Origin: Patescibacteria group bacterium
GTDB lineage: Bacteria; Bacteroidota; Ignavibacteria; Kapaibacteriales; Kapaibacteriaceae
DNA: 64,000 nt
Direction: 5' to 3'
Assembly: GCA_044376225.1 (NCBI GenBank)
Contig: JBILLF010000004.1
Coordinates: 1,694 to 65,693, forward strand
Shown one piece after another: positions 45,120-55,961 of the stretch. The notes beneath the pieces are model-generated. The model did no database searches, was not told the origin of the DNA, and saw only the letters and a program-made list of their open reading frames with translations. Position numbers and translations under genes: made by a program. Positions within the stretch are counted from its first letter, which is position 1. Each line of letters opens with the position of its first letter.

Positions 45120-47622
45120 CGTTGCGTCCAAAGCGCCATTGCGTGATGAGTTCTGCGAACATGTCACAGTGTTGTTGTGCGGTCTCGACATCGTCTGCTT
45201 CGGCAGTCACAACGAACAGTTCATCCTCCTTGTGAGGAAGAAGCAGTACCGTCACGTTACCGTCCATGATCCGCACGCCGTCGATGAGCATGCGGTGTTT
45301 GTTTTCAGAGAATTCCATGGAGTGCCGCATCACGGTTCCACGCTGCTCGTAGGCACACGGCACCGTACGGGTGATCTGGAACCGCTTTGGCAGATCGGCA
45401 TCGAGCTGCGAAAGCTGATACCCGGTCTTACTCAGCATCTCGAGGATCTTCACGGCCGAGTACATGCCATCGCTCGCATTGAGAAACTCGGGAAAAATGA
45501 AGCCCCCTCGCGTGCCGCCAACAAAGGCAATTGTCTCATCCTTTGTTGCATCCATCATAGCCGAGTGTGAATTGCGGATGCGTACCACCTCCACATTGTA
45601 GGGGGCGGCTACTTGCTCGATCTCTCCGGTTGCCTGCACGGGCACAGCAATTCGGTATGGCTCACGGTCTCGGTGTGCCTCGAGGTACAGCTTCGTTACG
45701 ATCGTTAGAAGTCGCTGTGATGTGTACCAGATGCCCCGTTCATCGACGAGTGCGATCTTCTCGGCTCCAGGATTGATCTTAAACCCGATCTGGTATCCCA
45801 GCGAACGCATGATGGTTGCCGACTCGTTAAGCACCTCAGCTAAGGGATCGGCAAAGTGCGCCGAATCGACATAGTCGTTCATCGAGAGCGTGCGGCAGCG
45901 GAGTTCGCCAAGGATCTGCGGGAATGCCGTTGAAGCCAAACCGAAGGAGTAATCAACTAACAGGCGGAAATGCTGCTCACGGACCAGCTCGACGTCGATC
46001 GTCTCTAGGAACCGATTCACGTACATGGCCGTGGACCGTTCAGGGAAGGCTAGACGCCCGACGTGGTCGTGCGTGACACGGCGAATATCCTCTCCGAAGA
46101 AGTACCGTTCGATCGACTTGGTCTGTGAAAGCGTGATGTCACGCCCGTCGCGTCCGAAAATGATAATGTCCGTCCGGTCCGACGCATTCGGCGATCTTCG
46201 CACGTGAAACCCAGCCACGTAGCGACCCGTGTTCAGCTCCTGACGGGTTTGCGGAATGGACGTCGTCTGAAGGTCTGCGATGTTGACGCCCACGCTCATC
46301 AGACCCGACATGATGCTGCGCTTGATGATGCGCGAGACCGGGTCATCGTCGCGCGACGACACCACCGTGGTTCCAACGCCAAAAGCCATACCCATGCATG
46401 CGCCAAGCTTAGCCGCAAACTCGGGATTGACGTCGATGTTCGATACACCACCAATCCGTGCATCGGTAAACAGCACGCGCGCCCAGCGCTCTTCTTGCAC
46501 AAGGCTGCGTGTAACGATGGCATGTGACTCAACCACCTTGCGTGGCCAGAGCTTGACGTTCGAGAGCAACCGGGCATGATCTCCAATCACGCAGCCTTCG
46601 GCAATGATGGAGTGCTCGCCGATCGTGGCTTTGGACCCGATCGTCACACTGTCACACGCAATAGCTCGACTCATCTCGGCGTAGTCACCGACCTGCACAT
46701 TGTTCCAAAGCACCGTATCACTCAGGTTAGCACCGGCCCCGACGCTGCTGCCATTGCCGACAACGCAGTCCCGAAGTTTCGCATGCTCGCCGATAACAAC
46801 GTTGTCACCTAGTACGACTCGACCTTCAAACCGTGCCGTGGGGGCAATGCTAAGCCCCGTACCGGCGTAGTATCCATTGCGTTCCGTGGAAGCGAAGTCT
46901 ACCGTAACACGACCTGAGAGCACATCCTCATGGGCAAGTTGATACTCGTGCAGATTGCCAATGTCTTTCCAATACCCATCAGCAACATAGCCGTAGAGCG
47001 GCATCCCCTTCTGCAGCATGAGCGGATACAGGTCCTTACTGAAGTCAAACTCCGTTTTGGCCGGGATGAGATCCAGCACCTCGGGTTCAAGGATGTAGAT
47101 TCCGGTGTTGATGGTATCGCTAAAGACCTCACCCCACGAGGGCTTTTCCAGAAAACGCGTGATCCGTCCATCAGCATCGGTCATGACGATGCCATAGGCA
47201 AGGGGCTCGGCAACGCGCGTCAGAACGATCGTGGCCATTGCTCCGCGTTGCTCATGAAACGCAACGGCAGCCGAAATGTCGATGTCGGTCAGGACGTCGC
47301 CCGAGATGATAATGAACCGCTCATCGAGCATCTGCTGGGCATTCTTTACGCTGCCGGCCGTCCCGAAGTCGGCTTCGGCAAGCATATACCGCATGCTGAT
47401 ATCATGTTGCGAGCCGTCACCAAAATGTTCGGTAATGCTCTCGGGCTGAAAGTAGAGCAACGAAACAACGTCGCTGATTCCGTGACGCGTGAGCAGCGAA
47501 ACGATGTGCTCCATCATCGGTCGATTGGCCACGGGAACCATCGGCTTGGGAATGGACATCGTCAGCGGACGCAGGCGCGTTCCGAATCCTCCGGCCATGA
47601 TGACGGCTTTGCGGATGCTCAT
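45091..47622 (-). CDS. Bifunctional sugar-1-phosphate nucleotidyltransferase (with left-handed beta-helix) / phosphohexomutase-like protein
   Basis: 843 aa. The N-terminal AVIMAGGFGTRLRPLT motif is followed by hexapeptide-repeat sequence (VVLGDNVVIGEHAKL...). The C-terminal ~450 aa resemble the PGM/PMM alpha/beta domains. Confidence 0.75.
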   Translation of the reverse strand: MSIRKAVIMAGGFGTRLRPLTMSIPKPMVPVANRPMMEHIVSLLTRHGISDVVSLLYFQPESITEHFGDGSQHDISMRYMLAEADFGTAGSVKNAQQMLDERFIIISGDVLTDIDISAAVAFHEQRGAMATIVLTRVAEPLAYGIVMTDADGRITRFLEKPSWGEVFSDTINTGIYILEPEVLDLIPAKTEFDFSKDLYPLMLQKGMPLYGYVADGYWKDIGNLHEYQLAHEDVLSGRVTVDFASTERNGYYAGTGLSIAPTARFEGRVVLGDNVVIGEHAKLRDCVVGNGSSVGAGANLSDTVLWNNVQVGDYAEMSRAIACDSVTIGSKATIGEHSIIAEGCVIGDHARLLSNVKLWPRKVVESHAIVTRSLVQEERWARVLFTDARIGGVSNIDVNPEFAAKLGACMGMAFGVGTTVVSSRDDDPVSRIIKRSIMSGLMSVGVNIADLQTTSIPQTRQELNTGRYVAGFHVRRSPNASDRTDIIIFGRDGRDITLSQTKSIERYFFGEDIRRVTHDHVGRLAFPERSTAMYVNRFLETIDVELVREQHFRLLVDYSFGLASTAFPQILGELRCRTLSMNDYVDSAHFADPLAEVLNESATIMRSLGYQIGFKINPGAEKIALVDERGIWYTSQRLLTIVTKLYLEAHRDREPYRIAVPVQATGEIEQVAAPYNVEVVRIRNSHSAMMDATKDETIAFVGGTRGGFIFPEFLNASDGMYSAVKILEMLSKTGYQLSQLDADLPKRFQITRTVPCAYEQRGTVMRHSMEFSENKHRMLIDGVRIMDGNVTVLLLPHKEDELFVVTAEADDVETAQQHCDMFAELITQWRFGRNDGHEDISNT

Positions 47623-47694
47623 GAGACGGTAGGTGAAGTGCGGTGAAAAAGACGGTGGGCAAAAATAGAGACCAGGCGGCTATGCGCCCCTTCG

Positions 47695-49707
47695 CTATTC
47701 CTCCTCACCACGACGCAACCGCTCAAGGACACCGGCATCTTCGAGCGTCGTGACGTCACCTTTGGCCGAGCCACTGGTAACAAGCTCCCGAAGTAGCCGG
47801 CGCATGATCTTGCCGCTGCGGGTTTTGGGCAATGCGTCAGTGAACCGTATCTCATCGGGCCGGGCGATGGGGCCGATCTCTCGCGCGACGTGAGCGCGGA
47901 GTTCCTCGGCCAACGCAGGTGAGGCCGCTACCGATGCCTTCAAAGTGACAAAGGCCACAAGGGCATTTCCCTTTACATCGTCCGGCCGGGCAACCACGGC
48001 TGATTCGGCCACACGTGAGTGCGATACCAGCGCGCTCTCGATCTCGGCCGTGCCGAGACGGTGGCCGCTGACGTTGACGACATCATCCACACGGCCGATG
48101 ATCCAAATGTTCCCTCGTGCGTCTTTGCGGGCCCCGTCCCCGGTGAAGTACCACCCCGGATGAGTTCGTGACTTCGGAAACTCACTCCAGTAGGCAGCGC
48201 GATAGCGCTCATCATCGCCGTGAATGGTCCGCAGCATTGATGGCCATGGATGTTTGATCACCAGCAGACCGCCTTCGTTTGCCCGACATGGCGTGCCGTC
48301 TTTGCGGACAACGTCAACCTCGATGCCGGGAAGGGGCTTGGTGGCCGTTCCCGGAGTGGTGGTAGTAGCGCCGGGCAGAGGCGAGATCATGATCGCCCCG
48401 GTCTCGGTCTGCCACCACGTGTCGACGATCGGACAGCGCTCGCCGCCAATCACACTGTGATACCACATCCAGGCCTCGGGGTTGATCGGCTCACCCACCG
48501 TACCAAGTAGACGTAACGAGGACAAGTCATGCTTTGCCGGCCAGGCTTCGCCCCATTTCATAAAGCTGCGGATCGCCGTCGGAGCTGTGTAGAAAATCGT
48601 CACAGCATGACGTTCAATGATGTCCCAGAACCGATCCGGTTGCGGGTGGTTCGGCGTTCCTTCATAGATGAGCACCGTTGCTCCGTTGAGCAGCGGACCA
48701 TAGACGATGTAGGAGTGACCCGTGATCCAGCCGACATCGGCCGTGCAGAAGTAGGTATCTGAATCCTGTAGGTCGAATACGATGCGGCTGGTGTAGGCAA
48801 CCTGCGTCAGGTACCCACCCGTGGTGTGAAGGATACCCTTGGGCTTACCCGTGGAACCGCTGGTGTATAGAATAAACAGTGGATGCTCGGAGTCGAGCTG
48901 CGCAGGCTCGTTGATGGCCGAGGCCCCGGCAACGACATCATGCCACCAATGGTCACGCCCACGCTTCATGGTGACCGGCTCACCTGTGCGACGCACGACC
49001 AGCAGATTCCGGATCGTTGGGCACTTCTTAACAGCAACGTCAGCGGCCGATTTTAGTGGCACCGAACTACCGCGACGAAACGCCCCATCCTGCGTGATCA
49101 GCAGCACGGCGCCAGAATCGTTGATGCGCTCGCGCACGGCCTCGCTGCTGAAGCCGCCGAATATCACGTTGTGCGTAGCTCCGATACGCGAGCACGCCAG
49201 CATGGCGATGACGGCCTCGGGAACCATCCCCATGTATATGCCTACGACATCGCCTTGCTTGACACCCAGGTGCAGCATTGCGTTCGCGGCCTTGCATACT
49301 TCTGCGTGCAGTTGCTGATAGGTCAGCGTACGGACCTCTCCAGGCTCACCTTCCCAGATGAGTGCTGCCTTCGTACGACGCCAGCCACCAAGGTGACGGT
49401 CTAGACAGTTTACTGATGCATTTATAGCGCCACCGACGAACCACCGGGCATGGGGATGCTTCCAGTCAAGCGGACGCTTCCAATCACGGAACCAGACAAG
49501 CTCGCGCGCCCGCTCCTGCCAGAACGCCACCACGTCGGCCGCAGCCTGCCGTCGCAGCCTGCTCAAGGCGGCTGCCGAGGGCACGTGGGCATGGCCGGCG
49601 AAGTCGGCGGGAGGAGCAAACTGCCGCTTCTCGGTCAGGACCGAGGAGATGCGATCATTAGACGGTGCTGACGTCCGTGACACTGAACGCGAACTGCGAG
49701 CTGGCAT
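47695..49707 (-). CDS. acs: Acetyl-CoA synthetase (AMP-forming)
   Basis: 670 aa. [28 protein letters not shown] and the SGKIMRR motifs are collinear with Acs. It has a ~20-aa N-terminal extension, so the true start may be internal. Confidence 0.95.
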   Translation of the reverse strand: MPARSSRSVSRTSAPSNDRISSVLTEKRQFAPPADFAGHAHVPSAAALSRLRRQAAADVVAFWQERARELVWFRDWKRPLDWKHPHARWFVGGAINASVNCLDRHLGGWRRTKAALIWEGEPGEVRTLTYQQLHAEVCKAANAMLHLGVKQGDVVGIYMGMVPEAVIAMLACSRIGATHNVIFGGFSSEAVRERINDSGAVLLITQDGAFRRGSSVPLKSAADVAVKKCPTIRNLLVVRRTGEPVTMKRGRDHWWHDVVAGASAINEPAQLDSEHPLFILYTSGSTGKPKGILHTTGGYLTQVAYTSRIVFDLQDSDTYFCTADVGWITGHSYIVYGPLLNGATVLIYEGTPNHPQPDRFWDIIERHAVTIFYTAPTAIRSFMKWGEAWPAKHDLSSLRLLGTVGEPINPEAWMWYHSVIGGERCPIVDTWWQTETGAIMISPLPGATTTTPGTATKPLPGIEVDVVRKDGTPCRANEGGLLVIKHPWPSMLRTIHGDDERYRAAYWSEFPKSRTHPGWYFTGDGARKDARGNIWIIGRVDDVVNVSGHRLGTAEIESALVSHSRVAESAVVARPDDVKGNALVAFVTLKASVAASPALAEELRAHVAREIGPIARPDEIRFTDALPKTRSGKIMRRLLRELVTSGSAKGDVTTLEDAGVLERLRRGEEE

Positions 49708-49743
49708 AGCGTGCCCTTCGGGAAACGGTGACTGCTGATGTTT

Positions 49744-50286
49744 CTACTTTACGATCGCCGAGATGCCCTTGAACGTATCCGTTCCCGCTACTCTCAGAAG
49801 CTCAAAGAGCAGAGATTCCATGGTCGTGATGATCGCCCCTTGCTGACGCATGCGATCAATGGCCACGCGCTTGTCATTGGCCGACCGCGAAGACACGCAA
49901 TCTTCGACAACCACGACTGTCTGGCCCTGCTCCAGGAGGTCAAGTACGGTCTGCAGCACGCAGACATGGGTTTCGATTCCGAAGACGATGATCTGGTGTC
50001 GGCGTGATCCGAGAACAGCCACCTCGATGGCCTGCACGCCGCAGCAGCTAAAGGTCATCTTTTCGAGTGGCTCGTGCTCGCCGAGAGCTTCACGTACGGA
50101 CTCGATCGTCGGGCCGAGACCCTTGACGTATTGCTCGGTCACAGTGATGGGCACGTTGAGAACCTGCAGCCCCCTGATCAGCCGACTGCACCGATCGGCC
50201 AATGCATCGTGGTCGTGGATGTGCGGGAACAACCGCTCCTGGATGTCAACGCATAGTGCCATGCAATGATGTGCGTCGAGGCGCAT
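49744..50286 (-). CDS. Isochorismatase-family hydrolase
   Basis: 180 aa. ALCVDIQERLF..., with GIETHVCVLQT containing the catalytic Cys context. Confidence 0.8.
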   Translation of the reverse strand: MRLDAHHCMALCVDIQERLFPHIHDHDALADRCSRLIRGLQVLNVPITVTEQYVKGLGPTIESVREALGEHEPLEKMTFSCCGVQAIEVAVLGSRRHQIIVFGIETHVCVLQTVLDLLEQGQTVVVVEDCVSSRSANDKRVAIDRMRQQGAIITTMESLLFELLRVAGTDTFKGISAIVK

Positions 50287-50335
50287 GAGAATTCTCCGGT
50301 GCGTGTGTGAGCGATCTCCAACTGCGAGGGCAAAA

Positions 50336-51211
50336 CTACGACCTCTGTGTGATGATCACGCCCACCAGGGCGACTGCTCCGCCAATGATGAACAGGGGGC
50401 TTGGCATTGCACCAATTAGGAGAAAGGTCAGTACCGATGTGATCACGGGCTGTAGGTTATTGAACACGGCAACCTTGCTTGATTCGAGACGGCTCAGGGC
50501 AAAGTACCAGAGGCCGTAGCCAATGCCGGAGGTTACGACGCCGAGATAGAACAGCTGGCCCCAGATTTGTGCCGAGCCCGCTGACCAGAGCGGGTCCAGT
50601 GGCGCATGCACTGGCAACAAGGCCCACACCGGTATGTAGATAGCCAGCCCGGCAAAGAACGTCATGGCAATGGCCTGGACCGGACCATACCGCTCAACGA
50701 TGCGCCGACCGTAGAGCGTAAAGCACGCCCACGATAGACTCGCAAACAGAACCATCACGTTGCCGGTCATCTGGCCGGCAGAGACGCCCGCCCCCCGGTC
50801 CACAAGCACAAGTGCAGCCCCGACCAGAGCGATCGCCACTCCAAGGAGCTTTCCTGGGCCGGTCGGAATCCGATGCACGCCCACCTGAAGTGCCACGATG
50901 AAGGCCGGCGTCAGAGCGTAGGCCAGCGAAGCATTGGGAGCTGTTGTGTAGGACACCCCCCAGATAAAGAGCATTTGATTGATAGGGATATTGACGAGTC
51001 CCAGGAGCAGGATCATCACGATGTCACGCCGATCCACGGGCTTCCACGTGTGGCGCCGGATGAGGAACCAGACTGCGAAGGCAAGGCACGTCCAGATGCC
51101 CCGCACAAGGACTACGCTGGCCGGATGCAATCCTGCTGTAGCATTCTTAGCGATCAGGTGCGTGCTGGAGGCAATGAGCTGCTGCAGAAACAGCACGGCA
51201 TAGATAGTCAT
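50336..51211 (-). CDS. DMT-superfamily (EamA) transporter
   Basis: 291 aa with 10 TM segments arranged as two EamA-like halves. Confidence 0.8.
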   Translation of the reverse strand: MTIYAVLFLQQLIASSTHLIAKNATAGLHPASVVLVRGIWTCLAFAVWFLIRRHTWKPVDRRDIVMILLLGLVNIPINQMLFIWGVSYTTAPNASLAYALTPAFIVALQVGVHRIPTGPGKLLGVAIALVGAALVLVDRGAGVSAGQMTGNVMVLFASLSWACFTLYGRRIVERYGPVQAIAMTFFAGLAIYIPVWALLPVHAPLDPLWSAGSAQIWGQLFYLGVVTSGIGYGLWYFALSRLESSKVAVFNNLQPVITSVLTFLLIGAMPSPLFIIGGAVALVGVIITQRS

Positions 51212-52323
51212 GTCAGATATTCGCGACAGAGCACCACGGCTTTTGTACTCTGTGATTCATAGCTCAGCTTGCGGATATCTTCACATGCCTCAACCGCACG
51301 CCGTCGCATGGGTTCGGAGGTGATTGCATCGATCCCAGCACAGATGTTCTCGGGACGAAGGGCACGGTCAACCAGAACGCCCACTGGATGATCGGCAATA
51401 TGATCGCGCAGGGCTGGCAGATCTGTTGCCAGTACCGGCACACGGGCCATCATGTACTCAAATAGTTTATTGGGCAAGGCGTACTCGTAGCTCATGGAAA
51501 GGGGCTCAATCAGGCACACCCCGACATCAGCCCCGCACGTCAGTTCATGCAGATCATCGTAGGCCACGCTGCCCAGCCAGTGCACGCGAGCGTCAACGCC
51601 AAGCTCCTGCGCAGTGCGGCGCATCGCCTCCTCAGCGGGACCATCACCGATGATGGCAAGGTGCAGACGCGGATCAGCCGACATCGCCGTGAACATCGGC
51701 ACAAGCCCCCTGCCCTTGTGAACAACACCTTGGTAGAGCGCCAAAACGACATCATCGGTAACACCGCATCGAGCACGAAGGTCACTGCCTACCTTATCTC
51801 TGTAGGGCGGCGTGTTGAGAATGACCACGGCTGGCTTGCTCAAGCTAAATCGCTCCCGTGCTATGGCGGCATCAAGAGGGCCGGAGACGAATACCCGATC
51901 GACGTGCTTCAGTAACTGTCGCTCATGCCATGCAAGCAGGCGCTGACGCAGCCCCCTGCCCTCAAGTGGTCCGAGAGCAAAGTAGAACTCACGCATGTCA
52001 TAGAGCAACGGCACATTGCATCGCCGAGCGACAATACTCGCTGCATGGAGGGCAAACAGATCCATTGCTATGACCAAGCGTGGTCGCACGGCTAGGTGAC
52101 GTGCACTTGATCGCAATGACCACCATCTTTTCACGGCACGTCCGCCGGGATCTTTCCATGGAATGACCTGCATGGTTCCCGATCGAACTGCAGAATCTTC
52201 TGGATCGGCTGCGTGGACCACAACATGAAGTCCATCAGCACGCAGTGTCCTGGCAAGATTGAGCGTGCGAGCGTCCCGCTGAATGTCAGCGAGCGCGATC
52301 AGAAGCACGTCAGTGTCGATCAC
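51208..52323 (-). CDS. Glycosyltransferase family 1 (GT-B)
   Basis: The C-terminal EPLSMSYEYALPNKLFEYMMARVPVLATD is the GT1 E-x7-E region. The start was chosen at GTG 52323, immediately after the upstream stop at 52327..52325. The track ORF extends further upstream, to a start at 52380. Confidence 0.8.
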   Translation of the reverse strand: MIDTDVLLIALADIQRDARTLNLARTLRADGLHVVVHAADPEDSAVRSGTMQVIPWKDPGGRAVKRWWSLRSSARHLAVRPRLVIAMDLFALHAASIVARRCNVPLLYDMREFYFALGPLEGRGLRQRLLAWHERQLLKHVDRVFVSGPLDAAIARERFSLSKPAVVILNTPPYRDKVGSDLRARCGVTDDVVLALYQGVVHKGRGLVPMFTAMSADPRLHLAIIGDGPAEEAMRRTAQELGVDARVHWLGSVAYDDLHELTCGADVGVCLIEPLSMSYEYALPNKLFEYMMARVPVLATDLPALRDHIADHPVGVLVDRALRPENICAGIDAITSEPMRRRAVEACEDIRKLSYESQSTKAVVLCREYLT

Positions 52324-52324
52324 C

Positions 52325-53302
52325 TTACGACCCCTGACGCAGGTCGAGATGGTATGTACTGCGCAGGATCCCCCGCGCATCGAAGCGTTCCTTGAAGGTG
52401 ATCAAACCCAAAGACGGCGTCATGGGGTTCTCTGCCTTTGTGTCCTGAGACACACCAATGTCCACCCATTCGTAACCATTCTCTATAGCCCAGCGTACGG
52501 TTTCGTACATGATGAGATAGATCGGACGCAGGTGCTCGTATTCGTACAGGAGCATGTTGTAAAAGCAGAGCACGACCTTGCGGTTGGCCAGGAAGAGCAG
52601 AGACCCGGCAATGGGCTCATCGTTGTGGTACACCATATTCAGTCGGAGCTTCTCCGGCATGAGCTCGCGAAGCTTCAACAGGTCTTCGAGGGTGTGCGTC
52701 GGCCGGGTGTTATGCCGGGCCTTGTTCTCAACCAGGATCTTGTGAAACGTTTCGTAGTCATCCGACTCGCGAATCGTTATCGCCCCCTCGCGCAGGATCT
52801 TGCGCACCGACTTGCGGGCCGTCTGGTCGAAGTATTCCAGAAAGTCGCTGCCCCGTTTGAGGTCGATGGCATGCGAGATGTAATGAAGCTCGAAGTTGGC
52901 TTTGCGATACAGCATCGCATACTCGATGTGCTGACTGTAGTTCAGCGTGTAGATCAGCGGCGGAGGAATCAAATAGGCGTCTGAAAATCCAGCGTTGCGG
53001 GCGTAGTCTATGAACGCATCAACGATGTGCAGACAGCGTTCAAAAGACTCATCGGCAACAACGATCGAGCCGTAGGAGGCGCCGGTTGGAGACCACAACG
53101 CGCCATCTTTTCCGACGCCTGCCGGCAGAACACCGACGAGTCGTCCATCTTCGCGGAACATCAGGTGATGCCAGTTCCACTTTCCGGCCGGATGATAGTC
53201 AAGAAACTGCTGCGTATGGAACATCGTTCCGCTATTCGAGCGCTCGACGAAGTCGTCCCATTCTTGGCGAAGTTCGGGGGTGTACTGGTGGACTGTGATC
53301 AT
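52325..53302 (-). CDS. FemAB-like / GNAT-fold acyltransferase (peptidoglycan-bridge-formation-like family)
   Basis: 325 aa. The N-terminal W..FV......F.Q...L pattern (EWDDFVERSNSGTMFHTQQFLDYH) and the duplicated GNAT-like halves are typical of FemAB/Acetyltransf_6 proteins. Confidence 0.6.
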   Translation of the reverse strand: MITVHQYTPELRQEWDDFVERSNSGTMFHTQQFLDYHPAGKWNWHHLMFREDGRLVGVLPAGVGKDGALWSPTGASYGSIVVADESFERCLHIVDAFIDYARNAGFSDAYLIPPPLIYTLNYSQHIEYAMLYRKANFELHYISHAIDLKRGSDFLEYFDQTARKSVRKILREGAITIRESDDYETFHKILVENKARHNTRPTHTLEDLLKLRELMPEKLRLNMVYHNDEPIAGSLLFLANRKVVLCFYNMLLYEYEHLRPIYLIMYETVRWAIENGYEWVDIGVSQDTKAENPMTPSLGLITFKERFDARGILRSTYHLDLRQGS

Positions 53303-53403
53303 GCAGTCAAGGGTTGCGGATTGGCAACGAAGTTACGGAGTGGACCGCGGAACGCTATATTGCGACGCCAAACTTTCACGTTCAGTTTTGCAGGGAGCAC
53401 AGC

Positions 53404-53919
53404 ATGAAGAGATTTTTCCTTACCGCCATTGTGGCTGCCATGGTGGCAACCACTGCGCTTGCCCAGATGCCGGCCGAGCGCGTTGTTGTGGGCGCTTCGA
53501 CCGGATGGTTCCCGGGAGGCCATATTGGGTACACCATCAATGAAAAGTTCCAGCTCGGAGCGCAGCTTGGTCTGCGTAGCAAGGGTACTGCAGACGACGA
53601 GGTTGGCACGACCGCACCGGGCACCTTTGTTACCATCTGCCTCTCGGGAAAGTACTTCCTGTCGCAAGGTAGTGACTTCAACACCTATGCTCTAGGCATG
53701 TTCTATGTGAACCCAGCAGAGCAGGAGGGCCTCAATGTTGGCGGTGCAAACGAGGGTATTGTGCTTGCTGGAGGTGCTGAGTACTTCCCGTCAAAGAACG
53801 TTGGGCTTTTTGCCCAGCTGGCCGTGCTCCGTTTTCCATTTGCGACGAAGACCGACGCACTTAATATCGGTCTGCTGACGCCGTCTATTGGTATCGAGTG
53901 GTTTCTGGACCTCGACTGA
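53404..53919 (+). CDS. Small outer-membrane beta-barrel protein
   Basis: The ATG at 53404 is preceded by AGGGAG. Signal peptide MKRFFLTAIVAAMVATTALAQ. It has about 8 amphipathic strands and a C-terminal aromatic-rich end (IGIEWFLDLD). Confidence 0.7.
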   Translation: MKRFFLTAIVAAMVATTALAQMPAERVVVGASTGWFPGGHIGYTINEKFQLGAQLGLRSKGTADDEVGTTAPGTFVTICLSGKYFLSQGSDFNTYALGMFYVNPAEQEGLNVGGANEGIVLAGGAEYFPSKNVGLFAQLAVLRFPFATKTDALNIGLLTPSIGIEWFLDLD

Positions 53920-53945
53920 TCGAGACTACTGACAATTCCGATACA

Positions 53946-53985
53946 GGGGGCAACGGTGCGTGTACGTGCCGCGCCCCCTTTTCAT
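53946..53985 (+). terminator. Candidate rho-independent terminator
   Basis: The GGGGGC...GCCCCC outer stem has an inner GGTGCG/CGTGCC stem (with wobbles) and is followed by TTTTCATTTT. Confidence 0.55.
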
Positions 53986-53998
53986 TTTGAGCCTATCA

Positions 53999-54943
53999 AT
54001 GTCCGACCCAAAGAACATCGCCGTCATCCGAACGGATCGTCTCGGCGACATGGTCCTGACGCTGCCGATGTTCTCCGTTCTTCGCGAACGTTTCCCTAAT
54101 GCGCGGCTAACGCTGATCGCCTCACCCTACGTTGAGCCCCTTGTCCGGCATGTCTCCTGTATCGACGAGGTCGTGTACCTTGACCAGCCACATGCAGACA
54201 TTTCGCCGATCCTTCGCTCTCGATCGATCTATACGCTCTTTGCGCCCCGCCCGAGATTCGCCGAGGCCTGGCAGGCTTTCCGCGCGGGTGTCAGCCGGCG
54301 CGTCGGCTCGAGATACCGCTGGTACTCGCCACTCTACAACGTCCGCGTCTCAGAACACCGCTCCGATGCAGCCTTTCACGAGGCCGAGTACAACGTTCGG
54401 ATGATCATGCATGCCTTCGGCGGCCCGATGCCTAATGTTCGCCTGGTATCACCACTGCCGATGGTGTTTGATAGGCCCTGGCGCGACAGACCGCGCGTAG
54501 TTATTCATCCCGGATCAGGGGGCTCTGCCAAGGACTGGCCAGCCGAGCGGTTTGGTCAGGCCGCATGGCGCATCGCCGAGGAGCTTGACGCAGAGATCAT
54601 CGTCACGGGAATCGCAGCCGAGCGAGAGCTCTGTGATCGTGTTCTCGCCATCTGTCCCGGGGCCAAAGATCTATGCGGAGGTCTCAATCTCGCAGGGATG
54701 ATCGATCTGCTCTCAGGAGCAGACCTACTTCTGGCCAATTCTACCGGCGTGCTTCACATTGCTGCAGCGCTCGGCGTTGCCGTGGTAGGATTCTATCCGT
54801 GCACACCGAGTATGAGTTCCGGCCGATGGGGTCCATACACAGACCGTGCCGTTGTGCTAGAGAGCGGACTAGGAGACGACATGCTGACGATCACGGTCGA
54901 CGACGCCGTGGCAGCGGCAGAAATACTACTGACGCCGCGCTAG
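53999..54943 (+). CDS. Glycosyltransferase family 9 (LPS heptosyltransferase-like)
   Basis: MSDPKNIAVIRTDRLGDMVLTLP, and C-terminal NSTGVLHIAAALG, are typical of GT9. The track ORF starts further upstream at 53960. Confidence 0.85.
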   Translation: MSDPKNIAVIRTDRLGDMVLTLPMFSVLRERFPNARLTLIASPYVEPLVRHVSCIDEVVYLDQPHADISPILRSRSIYTLFAPRPRFAEAWQAFRAGVSRRVGSRYRWYSPLYNVRVSEHRSDAAFHEAEYNVRMIMHAFGGPMPNVRLVSPLPMVFDRPWRDRPRVVIHPGSGGSAKDWPAERFGQAAWRIAEELDAEIIVTGIAAERELCDRVLAICPGAKDLCGGLNLAGMIDLLSGADLLLANSTGVLHIAAALGVAVVGFYPCTPSMSSGRWGPYTDRAVVLESGLGDDMLTITVDDAVAAAEILLTPR

Positions 54944-55683
54944 CCCGCTTCGAGAAAGCGTCGCACGCGCTCGGCATCCTCGGGCGTGTCCACGCTGATA
55001 AACGGCGCATCCGTCGGCACACATTCAAAGTGCACGCCGTCGGCAAGGAGTCTCAGCTGCTCGAGCGATTCCATACGTTCCAGCTCGGTCGTCGGCAGGG
55101 CCACATGTCTGGCCAGGGCTACTGTACGGTAAGCGTAGATCCCAATGTGCTTCCAGTAGGTGGTATGTTCAAGCCACCGCGCAGCATCGACGCTTCGCAC
55201 GTGCGGAACCGGCGAACGAGAAAAGTAAACAGCCCTACGTGATGGTGTTGCAACCACCTTGACGATGTTGGGATCGACGAGGTCATGAGGCTCATGAATG
55301 CGCGACACGGGTGTGGCAACATCTGCTGTTCCCACACTCAGTGCATGAACCAGGTCAGACAAGACCGACCCCTGCAAGAGTGGCTCATCGCCCTGAATAT
55401 TGATCACGATCTCAGGTGCCGTCGATAACGATGAGATGGCTGCATAGCAGCGATCTGTTCCACTCGGTAACGAAGGATCAGTCATCACGACCTCAGCACC
55501 GATGCGGCGTGCTTCAGCGGCAACGCGGTCATCATCAGTGGCGATGAGGACGTGATCGAGCTCGCCGCATGATGAAGCAGCGCGCCAGACACGTTCAATC
55601 ATCGACTGCCCGCATAAATCGACAAGGGGCTTACCCGGAAGCCGAGTGGCGGCATAGCGCGCCGGGATCACGCCGATGATCAT
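54940..55683 (-). CDS. kdsB: 3-deoxy-manno-octulosonate cytidylyltransferase
   Basis: 247 aa. MIIGVIPARYAATRLPGKPL, NIQGDEP. Confidence 0.93.
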   Translation of the reverse strand: MIIGVIPARYAATRLPGKPLVDLCGQSMIERVWRAASSCGELDHVLIATDDDRVAAEARRIGAEVVMTDPSLPSGTDRCYAAISSLSTAPEIVINIQGDEPLLQGSVLSDLVHALSVGTADVATPVSRIHEPHDLVDPNIVKVVATPSRRAVYFSRSPVPHVRSVDAARWLEHTTYWKHIGIYAYRTVALARHVALPTTELERMESLEQLRLLADGVHFECVPTDAPFISVDTPEDAERVRRFLEAG

Positions 55684-55961
55684 CCCAGAACCTTGGGTAC
55701 CTTGATGAAGGCTTCGTTCTTCTTCGGTGCGTTGCTCAGTGCGTCAGCCGTAGAAATGGACTCCCCCACAAGGTCGTCGCGCAGGACGTTAGCCTGGTCA
55801 TTGACAGCCGTCATCGGCTCGACATCCGACATATCGACGGATTTGAGCACATCGACAAAGGCTACAATGTCGGTAAACTGCTTGGCAAAGGCTTCGGCCT
55901 GCTCATTGGTAAAGCGCAGGCGAGCCAGTGAGGCTATGGCGTGGATCTCTTCAATGGTCAT
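55680..55961 (-). CDS. gatC: Asp-tRNA(Asn)/Glu-tRNA(Gln) amidotransferase subunit C
   Basis: 93 aa. IASLARLRFTNEQAEAF...DVEPMT...LRDD matches the GatC pattern. It has 4-nt overlaps with both neighbours. Confidence 0.9.
   Translation of the reverse strand: MTIEEIHAIASLARLRFTNEQAEAFAKQFTDIVAFVDVLKSVDMSDVEPMTAVNDQANVLRDDLVGESISTADALSNAPKKNEAFIKVPKVLG

Noticed and set aside
46930-47646. A 238-aa ORF on the + strand. The antisense ORFs at 52283-52984, 40444-41277, 9119-9730, 30932-31702, 20246-20833 and 57287-57901 are similar.
   Set aside because: Each lies opposite a gene with strong family motifs. They are open-frame artefacts of GC-rich coding DNA.
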